From assembly GCA_964221315.1 (NCBI GenBank), contig CAXPYI010000003.1, forward strand, positions 226,266 to 290,265: a DNA stretch of 64,000 bases, given 5' to 3'. Positions 50,791-60,789 of the stretch are shown here, piece by piece (position 1 is the stretch's first letter; each line of letters starts with the position of its first letter). Made by a program: the position numbers and the translations under genes. Source of the DNA: Leeuwenhoekiella palythoae. GTDB lineage: Bacteria; Bacteroidota; Bacteroidia; Flavobacteriales; Flavobacteriaceae. The notes under the pieces were generated by a model. That model made no database searches. It saw only the letters and a program-made list of their open reading frames with translations, and had not been told where the DNA came from.

Positions 50791-52197
50791 CTAGACATTG
50801 ACCGTTTTCCAATAGCCTTTTTTAAACCACAAGATTCCAATCACAGTTATTAAGACTTCAGCTAAGGTAATTGCCATAAAAACTCCCAGTGGACCAAAAT
50901 CTAAAGTCAATGCCATAAGGTAAGCAAAAGGTAACTGAAACAACCAAAAACATACAAAGTTGATCCAAGTAGGTGTTTTGGTATCTCCAGCTCCATTGAA
51001 GGCATTAATGATTACCATACCATAACCATAGAACACATAACCTGCAGCAATAATCCTGAGACAGAGCGCCCCATTTTTAATGACTTCTGTTTCTTGTGTA
51101 AACCATGAAATTATTTGTGGAGCAAAGATGAGGTAAGCTATAGACACCAAGCCCATAAAAATGGCGCTGTACTTTCCTGTTTTCCAAACAGAATCTTCTG
51201 CTCGTTGCGGTTTTAAAGCTCCTAAATTCTGCCCAACCAAAGTCGCAGCGGCATTACTCATTCCCCAAGCAGGCATTAAGGTAAACATCATTACGCGAAT
51301 TGCTATCGTATAACCTGCAAGCACTTCACTACCAAATTCACTCATAATTCGCATTAAAAACACCCAAGAGGATGTACCTATTAAAAACTGACCTATACCA
51401 CCAAGTGAAACTTTAATAAGATTGAGCATCACAGCCACACGCAATACCAAATCCTTAAATCCAACCTTTATTTTGCTCCACCCATAAAAGAGCACTAATA
51501 ACTGAAATACAACAGCAGTTCCTCTACCAATAGTCGTAGCTATTGCAGCTCCCTCTACACCATAAGCTGGAATTGGTCCAAAACCAAAAATAAACATGGG
51601 GTCTAAAATGATATTTAATCCATTGGAAAGCACCAAAGCCCACATTGCAATCGAAGCATCGCCAGCACCTCTAAAGATGGCATTAATTAAGAATAGAAGC
51701 ATTATCGTAACGTTTCCGCCCAATAACACTTGCGTGTAACCATAACCTTCTTCTATGAGGTCAACTTCACCACCCATTAGCCCCAATATTTCTTTAGGAT
51801 AAAAAATACCTATTGCACTAATAATAGCTGCTACAAATATGCCAAGTCCAATGACTTGTACAGCAGCTTGTGATGCTCCTTCCCTATCCTTTTCGCCTAT
51901 ACGTCTTGCGACTATTGCCGTTGCGGCCATACTTAAACCAATGGCAACAGCATAAACCAAGGTAATCACAGATTCCGTAAGTCCAATTGTAGCAACTGCA
52001 TTGACACTGACTTGAGAAACATAAAAAATATCTACAATGGCAAAAATGGACTCCATAAGCATTTCCAAAATCATTGGAATAGAAAGCATAAACACAGCTT
52101 TACGAATACTACCAGAAGTGAAATCCTGTTCCTTGCCAGAAACAGCGATTCTTAAATATCTGAAAAATTGTTTTATTGAAATTTTATTGGATTGCAT
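50791..52197 (-). CDS. MATE family efflux transporter
   Basis: About 12 TM; FRGAGD, LNIILDPMFIFG, GAAIAT, GQNLGA. Confidence 0.93.
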   Translation of the reverse strand: MQSNKISIKQFFRYLRIAVSGKEQDFTSGSIRKAVFMLSIPMILEMLMESIFAIVDIFYVSQVSVNAVATIGLTESVITLVYAVAIGLSMAATAIVARRIGEKDREGASQAAVQVIGLGIFVAAIISAIGIFYPKEILGLMGGEVDLIEEGYGYTQVLLGGNVTIMLLFLINAIFRGAGDASIAMWALVLSNGLNIILDPMFIFGFGPIPAYGVEGAAIATTIGRGTAVVFQLLVLFYGWSKIKVGFKDLVLRVAVMLNLIKVSLGGIGQFLIGTSSWVFLMRIMSEFGSEVLAGYTIAIRVMMFTLMPAWGMSNAAATLVGQNLGALKPQRAEDSVWKTGKYSAIFMGLVSIAYLIFAPQIISWFTQETEVIKNGALCLRIIAAGYVFYGYGMVIINAFNGAGDTKTPTWINFVCFWLFQLPFAYLMALTLDFGPLGVFMAITLAEVLITVIGILWFKKGYWKTVNV

Positions 52198-52305
52198 AAC
52201 TTTTAATATTGAATAAAAACAAAGCCAAACAAAAGATATGTTTAGCGACTCACATCACATGAAGTAGTGATCATTTTTTACGAGATGGGAATATTATGCA
52301 ATCAT
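52190..52305 (-). promoter_or_regulatory. Candidate translational attenuator leader of MATE gene
   Basis: uORF ATG-ATT-GCA-TAA is perfectly complementary over 10 nt to the MATE start region. Confidence 0.45.
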
Positions 52306-52355
52306 AATGACACAAATATGCGTATTATTTTTTAAAAATCTAAGCACTCAATAAC

Positions 52356-52466
52356 TTAATCGTTGCGACTCGCTTTATTATAAGCACGAATCATAAGTAT
52401 AGCCCATAATGCGACTAACACTATAACTATAATAGAAAACCATAATACAATATCATTTGCTACCAT
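52356..52466 (-). CDS. 36-aa single-TM small protein (not in ORF track)
   Basis: MVANDIVLWFSIIVIVLVALWAILMIRAYNKASRND; overlaps upstream ORF by 14 nt. Confidence 0.6.
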   Translation of the reverse strand: MVANDIVLWFSIIVIVLVALWAILMIRAYNKASRND

Positions 52467-52641
52467 GATCTACAAGTTTTAAATAAATCATAACACCTAG
52501 CAACGTTGGTGCCCAAAGGCCAACAAACAATCCATGCATTTGATCTCCGGTTAGAAACAAATATTCTGCAACAAGAACTATAACTGCACATAATACTAGC
52601 ATCAATAGATTTGCAGTTCCTAATTTTTTGAAGTAACTCAT
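52453..52641 (-). CDS. 62-aa two-TM small membrane protein
   Basis: Two hydrophobic helices, HGLFVGLWAP. Confidence 0.75.
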   Translation of the reverse strand: MSYFKKLGTANLLMLVLCAVIVLVAEYLFLTGDQMHGLFVGLWAPTLLGVMIYLKLVDHGSK

Positions 52642-52679
52642 TTTTGAAGGTTAGTTTAAACCCTCAAGGTATAAAAAAT

Positions 52680-55600
52680 CTATTTATAATACACCTTATA
52701 TTTTCTATAAGCTAAGAAAGCTAAGATTGCGATTACTACCAACGTAATTGCTATGAACTGAAAGCTTAGAATTTGGTCTCCACTTGCATAGGCATGCAAG
52801 CCAGAAAGGTAAAAGTTGACACCAAAATAGGTCATTAAAATACTTGCAAAAGCCAAGATTGACATTAGATTATACAACCAACGGCCTCTCAAGCCAGGTA
52901 TCAAACGCATATGGATAACAAAAGCATAAATCATAATACTAATTAAAGCCCAAGTCTCTTTTGGGTCCCAGCCCCAATAACGTCCCCAGCTTTCATTGGC
53001 CCACATGCCTCCTAAAAAATTACCAATGGTCAACATAACGAGACCTACAGTCAAGGCCATTTCATTGATTATGGTTAACTCTTTAATGTTAATATCCATA
53101 CGGGCTTTGTTTTCCTTTGTCGTGAAAATCATTAGTATTAGCGCAACAACACCTAAAATCATACCTAAAGTAAAAGGTCCATAACTTGCAACTATTACTG
53201 ATACATGAATCATTAACCAATACCCTTGCAGAACAGGTTGAAGATTTGCAATTGCCGGATCCATCCAATTCCAATGTGCAATCATTAAAATCATTGATGT
53301 TACAAATGCACCGGCAGCAACCGTTAAACTTGATGTACTGGTTTTACCGATTAACGCAAATGAAGATTTTGATTTTTCGTTTTGTGTTGGTTTATCTTTT
53401 CCCCTTCCCATTCCCACAATAAAACCAAACAGCATTGTTGACCACGCTACATAGATCATGGATTCATAAGCATCACTCCAAGGAGCATGTCCAGATAAAT
53501 ACCAACGCCATATCAGACCTAAAGTATGAAGTATAAATAAAGCCCCAATAATTCCAATCATAATATTTATTGCAATCTTAAGCCCTCTACTTTTGTACTT
53601 AAAAATCTGAACAATAATCAGAATAAATAGAACAGTGGCTGCATACATATAATAGCTGAATAGTTTTTTGAAAATATCATACTTATTATATAATATTTCA
53701 GATTCAATCTTCTTATCTGAAAGCATAATTTCAGCACCGAATTTTTGCTGGGTTTTCTTTATGGCTTCCAACAATGCTTCGGAACTTGAAAAATCACCCG
53801 TTTGCTTGTCATTATTTAAGCGAATTAGATAAGAACTAAAACCATTATTGATAAAGTTTCCGTAAAGTGAATCCTTAATCTTTTCACGATAATTACCTTC
53901 CCTAAATTCTAAAGAAGAAATCCAAGTATTGTTCTCATCATTCGGTACCGGAAATATCTTTATTGACCTCCCCTCAATAGCATCAGACAATAATCCAAGC
54001 CTGCCATAAGCTTCTTTCACCTCTTTCTGAAAGCCGTTAGGTACTTGTGCTTTATAAGCATCCTCAACATATGGCCCTAACTTATTTCTACCATCTGGAG
54101 TAAAAAAGTCTAGCAAACTCACATATTTCTTATCATAGTCCACACCAATAATCGTGCGGATGGAATCTGCCTTTCTCGGTTTTAAATAAATGATCGGTAC
54201 ATTATACCAGAGCATTGGACTTTCTTGAATGGATAAGAATATCTGGGTTGCCGAAAAATCCTCGTAAGTATCTTTCTTAGATAGCTTTCTGAGCATTTCA
54301 GAGGCATAGGTATGCATTGGCATCATACGACCACTATAATCCTGTATCACCATTTTGGCAAACTTATCAGCTTGCTCTTGTGATGTGATATGTACTTTTA
54401 AAATAGAATCTACTTGAGTTTTAGTAGGTCTTCGGTTTTGAATATGATCGTGGCCATCATTTTCTGAATGCTCTTGCGCAAAGCCAGAGAAACTCAAAAG
54501 CAAGGCAATCATAGTCATTATTTTCGCCTTTTTTGCTTTCAGTTTTTTAAGTCGATTGCGTATATTGTCAAAGCGTGTGTTCTTAGCGAAGAGAATAGCC
54601 ATTAAACCAAAATACAGTAACATATAACCTGTGTAAGTTATATAAGTTCCCCAACGATCATGATTCACTGAAAGTATAGTGCCTTTTTCGTCTGGATCGA
54701 AACTCGCCTGAAAGAAACGATACCCTCTATGATCCAAGATATGATTCATATAAATATGATAATCAAAATCACCTTTGTCTTCGTCTAAAACGGTCACCTT
54801 ACTTTCGTATGAAGAATAGGCATTTTCAGTACCTGGGTATTTTTCAGCAATAAAATCATTGAGCTTAACCTGAAACGGCAACTGCTCTAATCTAGAGCCA
54901 AACCTTAAAGCGATATCTAAGCCTCCCACTTTAATTTCTTCAATACGGTTATAAGTACCAGGTCCACCTATGAGATTAATGGACTTTGTCTCACCATTGG
55001 CAGTAACATCCAGTACAATACCACTTTCATCTCCTTTAAGAATGGTTGGTTTTTTAACCACATCAAAAACCCCTTTTACAACAGGTTTAGGAAACACCAA
55101 TTGTAGGTTGCCTATAATGTAACGAGATCGTAATGCCAAAGGTTGTAAGCTGTCCTTAACCAACTTTCCTCTCTGACCAGTGGCCATGGTCATATATTCT
55201 CCTTCATAAGGTGATTTAATAAATAAACCATCTTTGGTATTAGTGATATTTATAGCACCTTGCTGATCTTTGTTTAAAGAAATTAGAACATTGTGCAGAT
55301 TAGAAACCTCACCTTCTTTTAAAAAATGATTGTGTGGTCTTCCATCACCAGCTTCAACGATCTTTAGGTAGCTTTCACCACTGTCATCTGGAACAATATC
55401 CTTTTCAGCCCCTTTGATGAATTTATTCAGCTTAAAATTGACCTCGGTACCACCGTAATCATAAGTTCTCTCAAAATCATTATCTAATCGAGGTGAAAAA
55501 TCCACCTCTTCCATAATGTTTCTTTGCTGCAACTGACCATTGATATTATAGTCTCCCAAAATGCGACCACTTATGTACGTTTTTTGGGAACGGAACTGAC

Positions 55601-55949
55601 TTTCGGTTTCTCCCTCTCGAATCGCCATCATTCCCTCATAACCAATATAGCGTGTTACCGCAGCACCTACTATTATGAAAATCCAAGCTAAATGCAAAAT
55701 AAGCGTTGCCCACTTTTCCTTTTTGTATAACCTGTATCTTTTAATATTACCTACAAAATTTATTACAAAAAGAACCATAATTGTTTCAAACCACCAAGCA
55801 TTATAGATTAATGTTCTTGTGTAAGGTGTTGGAGAGGTCTCCATATTTCTATCTAGAATAGTACCAGTCGCCATAGCAATGGCAAAAACAATAAATAAAA
55901 CGGCAGTAAGTCTAGTGGAAAATAGGAAGTTTGCGATTTTCTTTTGCAT
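52680..55949 (-). CDS. ccsA: System II cytochrome c synthase (ResB/CcsB + CcsA fusion)
   Basis: IYNAWWFE, LHLAW, GHAPWS, MIHV, WGRYWGWDPKETW; start moved to ATG 55949 because the tracked TTG lies in the promoter. Confidence 0.92.
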   Translation of the reverse strand: MQKKIANFLFSTRLTAVLFIVFAIAMATGTILDRNMETSPTPYTRTLIYNAWWFETIMVLFVINFVGNIKRYRLYKKEKWATLILHLAWIFIIVGAAVTRYIGYEGMMAIREGETESQFRSQKTYISGRILGDYNINGQLQQRNIMEEVDFSPRLDNDFERTYDYGGTEVNFKLNKFIKGAEKDIVPDDSGESYLKIVEAGDGRPHNHFLKEGEVSNLHNVLISLNKDQQGAINITNTKDGLFIKSPYEGEYMTMATGQRGKLVKDSLQPLALRSRYIIGNLQLVFPKPVVKGVFDVVKKPTILKGDESGIVLDVTANGETKSINLIGGPGTYNRIEEIKVGGLDIALRFGSRLEQLPFQVKLNDFIAEKYPGTENAYSSYESKVTVLDEDKGDFDYHIYMNHILDHRGYRFFQASFDPDEKGTILSVNHDRWGTYITYTGYMLLYFGLMAILFAKNTRFDNIRNRLKKLKAKKAKIMTMIALLLSFSGFAQEHSENDGHDHIQNRRPTKTQVDSILKVHITSQEQADKFAKMVIQDYSGRMMPMHTYASEMLRKLSKKDTYEDFSATQIFLSIQESPMLWYNVPIIYLKPRKADSIRTIIGVDYDKKYVSLLDFFTPDGRNKLGPYVEDAYKAQVPNGFQKEVKEAYGRLGLLSDAIEGRSIKIFPVPNDENNTWISSLEFREGNYREKIKDSLYGNFINNGFSSYLIRLNNDKQTGDFSSSEALLEAIKKTQQKFGAEIMLSDKKIESEILYNKYDIFKKLFSYYMYAATVLFILIIVQIFKYKSRGLKIAINIMIGIIGALFILHTLGLIWRWYLSGHAPWSDAYESMIYVAWSTMLFGFIVGMGRGKDKPTQNEKSKSSFALIGKTSTSSLTVAAGAFVTSMILMIAHWNWMDPAIANLQPVLQGYWLMIHVSVIVASYGPFTLGMILGVVALILMIFTTKENKARMDINIKELTIINEMALTVGLVMLTIGNFLGGMWANESWGRYWGWDPKETWALISIMIYAFVIHMRLIPGLRGRWLYNLMSILAFASILMTYFGVNFYLSGLHAYASGDQILSFQFIAITLVVIAILAFLAYRKYKVYYK

Positions 55950-55976
55950 AGCTTTATGGGCTTTTTTAAGCTCGTG

Positions 55977-55984
55977 CAAAGGTA
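55977..55984 (-). promoter_or_regulatory. -7 box for ccsA
   Basis: TACCTTTG on minus strand. Confidence 0.7.
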
Positions 55985-56053
55985 AGGCTTTTTGATGATT
56001 CTAAACCCTTTTACCAACCACCAAAAAGCGTTAAAATTTATATAACAGAAGTT

Positions 56054-56503
56054 CTAAGCAGATGCATTTGCTTTTAGCAATTTATTTTGCTCTTCCATAA
56101 GCTGTTTCAAATCCGATAATAGTTCAATATCCTTAGGAGTTGCAACAGTTTTATTCTTAGTATCGTGAGCCTTACTGCGCAATCTATTCATAGCCTTAAC
56201 AACAATAAAAACGGTAAAGCCTATAATTAAAAAATCTAAAAACACTTCAAATAATTTACCGTAAGCAATGGCAACTTCGGCTGTTGTAATTTCACCGGAA
56301 GTATTGGTTATGGCATCGCGGAGTATAATTTTTTTGTGCTCAAAATTGGTGCCATCAGACAATAAAGACAGTGGTGGCAACAATACCTGCTTTGCCAACA
56401 CATCTATAACTTTATTAAACGCTGCACCGATGATGATACCAATGGCCATATCCATCATATTACCTTTTACGGCGAATTCTTTAAATTCTTTTAGGAGTTT
56501 CAT
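56054..56503 (-). CDS. mscL: Large-conductance mechanosensitive channel
   Basis: FKEFAVKGNMMDMAIGIIIG, YGKLF. Confidence 0.95.
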   Translation of the reverse strand: MKLLKEFKEFAVKGNMMDMAIGIIIGAAFNKVIDVLAKQVLLPPLSLLSDGTNFEHKKIILRDAITNTSGEITTAEVAIAYGKLFEVFLDFLIIGFTVFIVVKAMNRLRSKAHDTKNKTVATPKDIELLSDLKQLMEEQNKLLKANASA

Positions 56504-56530
56504 AGTTTATTAAATGATTAATGTTTTTGT

Positions 56531-56923
56531 TTACTTTTCACTTCTAGCTTCAAAAATTTTCAAATATAAAAATGTTCCCATTTTGCGAGCTCTGCGTTTA
56601 GCATTTTCCGCGTTATCCCCTTCGAATAATTCGTTAATAGTTTCAAACCATAGATTAAGCCACAAGCCAAAATGTAGCTCTGTTATACTGTTATTGTGCG
56701 CTTCATCAACCTTAACGTGGGCTTCAAGCGGATTGCCATAATATTTCGTCTTTAAAAACAAGCTCGATTCCCAAAATGTCGTCAGGTGCTGCAGATGAGC
56801 ATCCCAATCGGTAATAGTTTCATTAAAAAAAGGGCCTAAGACCCTATCTTTTCTAACTTTGCTATAGAACCTAGAAACGAGCAAAAAAATATCTTCCCTT
56901 GATTTAATATCTTTTTTTGACAT
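56531..56923 (-). CDS. Group III truncated hemoglobin
   Basis: FYSKVRKD..LGPFF, HLQHLTTFW, PLEAH, HFGLWL. Confidence 0.88.
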   Translation of the reverse strand: MSKKDIKSREDIFLLVSRFYSKVRKDRVLGPFFNETITDWDAHLQHLTTFWESSLFLKTKYYGNPLEAHVKVDEAHNNSITELHFGLWLNLWFETINELFEGDNAENAKRRARKMGTFLYLKIFEARSEK

Positions 56924-56991
56924 AATTCAAAGTTATTCTTTTAATCCAAAACTTATGGTAGTTAAATGCTAATTCTTACTATTTTTACACC

Positions 56992-57753
56992 ATGATATCA
57001 GTAATACTTCTTGGATCGGGAAACGTAGCCACACATTTATATAAGGCTTTTAAAGCATCGAAAAGTATCACTGTAAAGCAGTGGTACAATCGCACTTACA
57101 GTAGCATATCATCTTATGCCAATGAGGTTGAGACTATAGACCAATTTTCGGATTTAAAGGAAGCTGACATTTATATCATGGCTGTTAGTGACGATAGCAT
57201 TTCGCAACTTTCTAAAGATTTACCATTTGAAAATCGATTGATCGCACATACGTCTGGCAGTGTTTCCATTCATGACATGGATAAAAAAAATCAACGTACT
57301 GTCTTTTATCCCTTACAGACCTTTTCTAAAGATGCTGAACTGAATTTTAGTGAGATTCCTATTTGCATTGAAGTTACGGAAAAGAAAAACCTTCAATTTA
57401 TGAAGAATTTAGCTGAAGCTGTGGGTTGTAAACCATATAAAATCAATACCGAACAGCGACAAACACTACATTTGTCCGCGGTATTTGTGAATAATTTTAC
57501 AAATCAATTATACCGCATTGCACACGAAATTAGTGATGCTAAAAGTATTAACTTTGATATTTTAAAGCCTCTCATACTAGAAACCGCTAAAAAGGTTCAG
57601 GAAATGTCGCCCTACATGGCTCAGACAGGACCTGCCAAACGCAATGACAAAAAGACGATTAAGCGTCATTTGAAGCAAATAGAATCTAAAGAACATAAAG
57701 CAATTTACGAACTTTTGACAGCCTCAATAAAGAAAACGCATAATCACAGATGA
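56992..57753 (+). CDS. Rossmann-like + DUF2520 domain protein
   Basis: GSGNVA, HTSGS, YPLQTFS, LHLSAVF, QTGPA. Confidence 0.88.
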   Translation: MISVILLGSGNVATHLYKAFKASKSITVKQWYNRTYSSISSYANEVETIDQFSDLKEADIYIMAVSDDSISQLSKDLPFENRLIAHTSGSVSIHDMDKKNQRTVFYPLQTFSKDAELNFSEIPICIEVTEKKNLQFMKNLAEAVGCKPYKINTEQRQTLHLSAVFVNNFTNQLYRIAHEISDAKSINFDILKPLILETAKKVQEMSPYMAQTGPAKRNDKKTIKRHLKQIESKEHKAIYELLTASIKKTHNHR

Positions 57754-58310
57754 TTAAATCAAATGCTTCAGTTAGTGAAAAGTCTTCGCCTTTTTATGAA
57801 GTAAACCAATCTTTCTGTTTAGAATTTGAAAAGTTTATTCTTGAAAGAAACGGCACCTGTTCAGGTTCATACAATGCTTGGTCTTATTTATTACTCGGAA
57901 AGATTTTAGAACCGAAAGAATGGGTTTTAGAATACAAAAAATCTACCTTCACTTCTGGAAATTTATTACTTTCATCTAAATCTCAAAACTTATTTACTTC
58001 AGTTATCTGGAAAACCAAAGGTTGCAAGAATTCAGATTTTATAATCAGAAGGAAGAAAGCAAAAGATACCTTTTTAAGGATATTCAATAGCCATATATCT
58101 AATTTTGATACTTTCAATAATTATATTTTGGTATCAAATACCAATACACCTTTCATTTCGGAAATATCTAGAGTTTTAAAACCTCTAATTATATCCAAAG
58201 AAGTTTATCAAATTTCAAACAAAAATAGACAGTTGAAAATTGAGTTGAGAACAGACAAGCATTATTTTGATATATTTAAACAATTAATTGATCTTGAAAT
58301 TTTAGATTGA
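57750..58310 (+). CDS. Hypothetical protein
   Basis: 186-aa ORF overlapping the upstream stop (ATGA) and 7 nt before the next gene. Confidence 0.6.
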   Translation: MIKSNASVSEKSSPFYEVNQSFCLEFEKFILERNGTCSGSYNAWSYLLLGKILEPKEWVLEYKKSTFTSGNLLLSSKSQNLFTSVIWKTKGCKNSDFIIRRKKAKDTFLRIFNSHISNFDTFNNYILVSNTNTPFISEISRVLKPLIISKEVYQISNKNRQLKIELRTDKHYFDIFKQLIDLEILD

Positions 58311-58317
58311 GAATTTT

Positions 58318-58851
58318 ATGAACAACGACAAAAGCTACAAAGAATACTTGGTCGATATCACTACATTTATTTTTGATGTGGATGGTGTACTTACAGATGG
58401 CACCATTAATGTAACAACAAACGGAGAAATGTTACGGACTATGAGTATTAAGGATGGTTTTGCTCTTAAAACCGCTGTTGATGCTGGTTTTAATATTTGC
58501 ATCATTTCTGGAGGATCTAACGAAGGTGTACGTAAACGTCTAGAAGGTTTAGGTATTAAAGATATCTTTCTTGGCGCACACAACAAGATTGACCAACTCA
58601 ACGAATACACTAGCAAAAACAATATTGATAAAACCAACGTGTTATATATGGGAGATGATATACCAGATTTTCCTGTAATGGAATTGGTAGGATTACCATG
58701 TTGTCCACAAGACGCTGTGCCAGAAATAAAGGCGATTTCGAAATATGTATCGCATAAAAATGGTGGAAAAGGAGCCGTAAGAGATGTGATTGAGCAAGTG
58801 TTGAAAGTTCAGAATAAATGGAATGGTAATTTTAGTGCTAAATATGATTAA
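58318..58851 (+). CDS. kdsC: KdsC-family HAD phosphatase (Kdo-8-phosphate phosphatase-like)
   Basis: FDVDGVLTDG, MGDDIPD, GGKGAVR. Confidence 0.85.
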   Translation: MNNDKSYKEYLVDITTFIFDVDGVLTDGTINVTTNGEMLRTMSIKDGFALKTAVDAGFNICIISGGSNEGVRKRLEGLGIKDIFLGAHNKIDQLNEYTSKNNIDKTNVLYMGDDIPDFPVMELVGLPCCPQDAVPEIKAISKYVSHKNGGKGAVRDVIEQVLKVQNKWNGNFSAKYD

Positions 58852-58856
58852 ACAAC

Positions 58857-59171
58857 ATGTCGCGAAAAGGTAGAAGACATAGTACAGGTTTTGGTTATAT
58901 TGGTTTTGGCAATAATCAAGCTACATTTAATCAAAAATCCAGTAAACCTTTTTCAGTTTATAAAGAAAAGCTTGACCTTGAAGCTCATCTGCACTATAAG
59001 TTGAACTTTTTGCACAGAGATCTCACCAAGCAAGACAAACAGAAGATAAAAGATAAAATAAGAAAACAAGAACGAATATTGTTTATCAGAGCCATTGCCA
59101 CAACGATAGTTGTATTTTCTGGGTTGGCGTATTTAACCTATTATCTCATCAACCAAATTCTTTCACACTAA
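58857..59171 (+). CDS. Hypothetical protein with C-terminal TM helix
   Basis: 104-aa ORF tightly packed in operon. Confidence 0.6.
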   Translation: MSRKGRRHSTGFGYIGFGNNQATFNQKSSKPFSVYKEKLDLEAHLHYKLNFLHRDLTKQDKQKIKDKIRKQERILFIRAIATTIVVFSGLAYLTYYLINQILSH

Positions 59172-59178
59172 AAATCAG

Positions 59179-60105
59179 ATGACCAATTACCTAAAACTTA
59201 TCCGTTGGAAAAACCTTTTGATGATTGCCCTAGTGCAAATCTTAGTTAAATACGCACTACTTCTACCCTTTTACGAAAGTCATGGAGTCATTACCACCCT
59301 AAGCCCATTGGCATTTTTTTTATTGGTATTGGCAACAGTATGTATAGCAGCAGGCGGTTACGTGATTAATGACATTTATGATATTGAGGCCGATAAAATC
59401 AACAAGCCAAATAAAGTCATAATCAATAACCATATTTCAGAAAAAATCGCTTTGCGTCTTTTTATAATTCTAAATGTAATTGGTGTTGGGATTGGTTATT
59501 ATTTATCACATGGTATCGGTAAATCAGGATTTTTCGTCATCTTTTTTATAGCCTCTGCACTGCTCTATATTTATTCATCTTACCTAAAACAAATACTTTT
59601 GGTCGGCAATATCATCGTTTCATTGGTGGTTGCACTAAGTATTTTATTGGTAGGCATTTTTGAATTGTTACCAATTATAAATGATAGGAATAGGGAAATT
59701 CAGATTTTCTTTTTCAGACTTATTTTAGACTATGCCATTTTTGCTTTTATGATTAATTTCATAAGAGAATTGGTAAAAGATATTGAAGATATTGATGGAG
59801 ACCATAAGGTTGGCTTGCAAACACTCCCAATTGTTTTGGGAAGGGAACGCACTACTAAAATAACATTTATTCTATCATTGATTCCTTTATTTGCAGTAGT
59901 CTATTATGTAATCACCAATCTTTTTAAGCAACAATTGCTCGTTGGCTATTTCTTGGTTTTGGTGATTGCACCTCTAATCTATACCGCTATAAAGTTGTTT
60001 AGTGCAGAACACAAAACTCATTACAAACACATAAGCCTTATACTTAAGTTAGTGATGTTAACTGGTATGCTTTCCATGGTGCTCTATTCTTATGTTTTAA
60101 AATAA
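59179..60105 (+). CDS. UbiA-family prenyltransferase (DGGGP synthase-like)
   Basis: YVINDIYDIEAD, KDIEDIDGD. Confidence 0.88.
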   Translation: MTNYLKLIRWKNLLMIALVQILVKYALLLPFYESHGVITTLSPLAFFLLVLATVCIAAGGYVINDIYDIEADKINKPNKVIINNHISEKIALRLFIILNVIGVGIGYYLSHGIGKSGFFVIFFIASALLYIYSSYLKQILLVGNIIVSLVVALSILLVGIFELLPIINDRNREIQIFFFRLILDYAIFAFMINFIRELVKDIEDIDGDHKVGLQTLPIVLGRERTTKITFILSLIPLFAVVYYVITNLFKQQLLVGYFLVLVIAPLIYTAIKLFSAEHKTHYKHISLILKLVMLTGMLSMVLYSYVLK

Positions 60106-60698
60106 TGCTTAACGACAAACTAAAAAACCATAACATTATTCTCGCTTCGGCTTCACCAAGACGTCATGCCTTTTTAGAATCAATGAACATAGATTTTGAA
60201 GTGAAGTTAAAACCCATAGACGAAATCTATCCAAAGCACTTAAGAGGTACAGAAATCACAGATTATCTAGCCAAACTAAAAGCTGAAGCCTTTATCAATG
60301 AGCTTCATCCAAATGATATTTTAATTACAAGTGACACCATAGTTTGGTTAGATGGAAAAGCTGTTGAAAAGCCAAAAAACGAAGACCATGCTTTTAGAAT
60401 GATAAAATCCCTTAGCGCTAAAACACACGAGGTGATGACGTCAATATGTTTTACACAAACTTCTGGGCAAAGATTGGTGAATACCATTACCAAAGTTACA
60501 TTTAAAGCATTATCTGACGAAGAAATATGGTACTATGTCAACACCTACAAACCATTGGACAAAGCTGGTGCTTACGGCATACAAGAATGGATTGGTGCCA
60601 TTGGTATCACCAAAATTGAAGGTTCGTACAATAACGTTGTTGGGTTACCAACACATTTACTTTACGAAACGTTAAATGCCATTGTAGAAGGCAACTAG
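60105..60698 (+). CDS. maf: Maf family nucleoside triphosphate pyrophosphatase
   Basis: LASASPRR, TSDT, DKAGAYGIQ, NVVGLP. Confidence 0.93.
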   Translation: MLNDKLKNHNIILASASPRRHAFLESMNIDFEVKLKPIDEIYPKHLRGTEITDYLAKLKAEAFINELHPNDILITSDTIVWLDGKAVEKPKNEDHAFRMIKSLSAKTHEVMTSICFTQTSGQRLVNTITKVTFKALSDEEIWYYVNTYKPLDKAGAYGIQEWIGAIGITKIEGSYNNVVGLPTHLLYETLNAIVEGN

Positions 60699-60739
60699 GA
60701 TTGTAACTTTGTTGTTCACAATCTTCTGGCATTTTAAAT

Positions 60740-60768
60740 TGTCACACTGAGCGCAGTCGAAGTGTCTC
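60740..60768. repeat. REP-like short palindromic element
   Basis: Reverse complement GAGACACTTCGACTGCGCTCAGTGTGACA resembles the 2651 copy. Confidence 0.7.
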
Positions 60769-60789
60769 AAAACCTTTAAACCTCCACCT

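Noticed and set aside
55950-55979. TTG start for ccsA given by the ORF track
   Set aside because: Lies within the -7 promoter box; ATG at 55949 is more plausible
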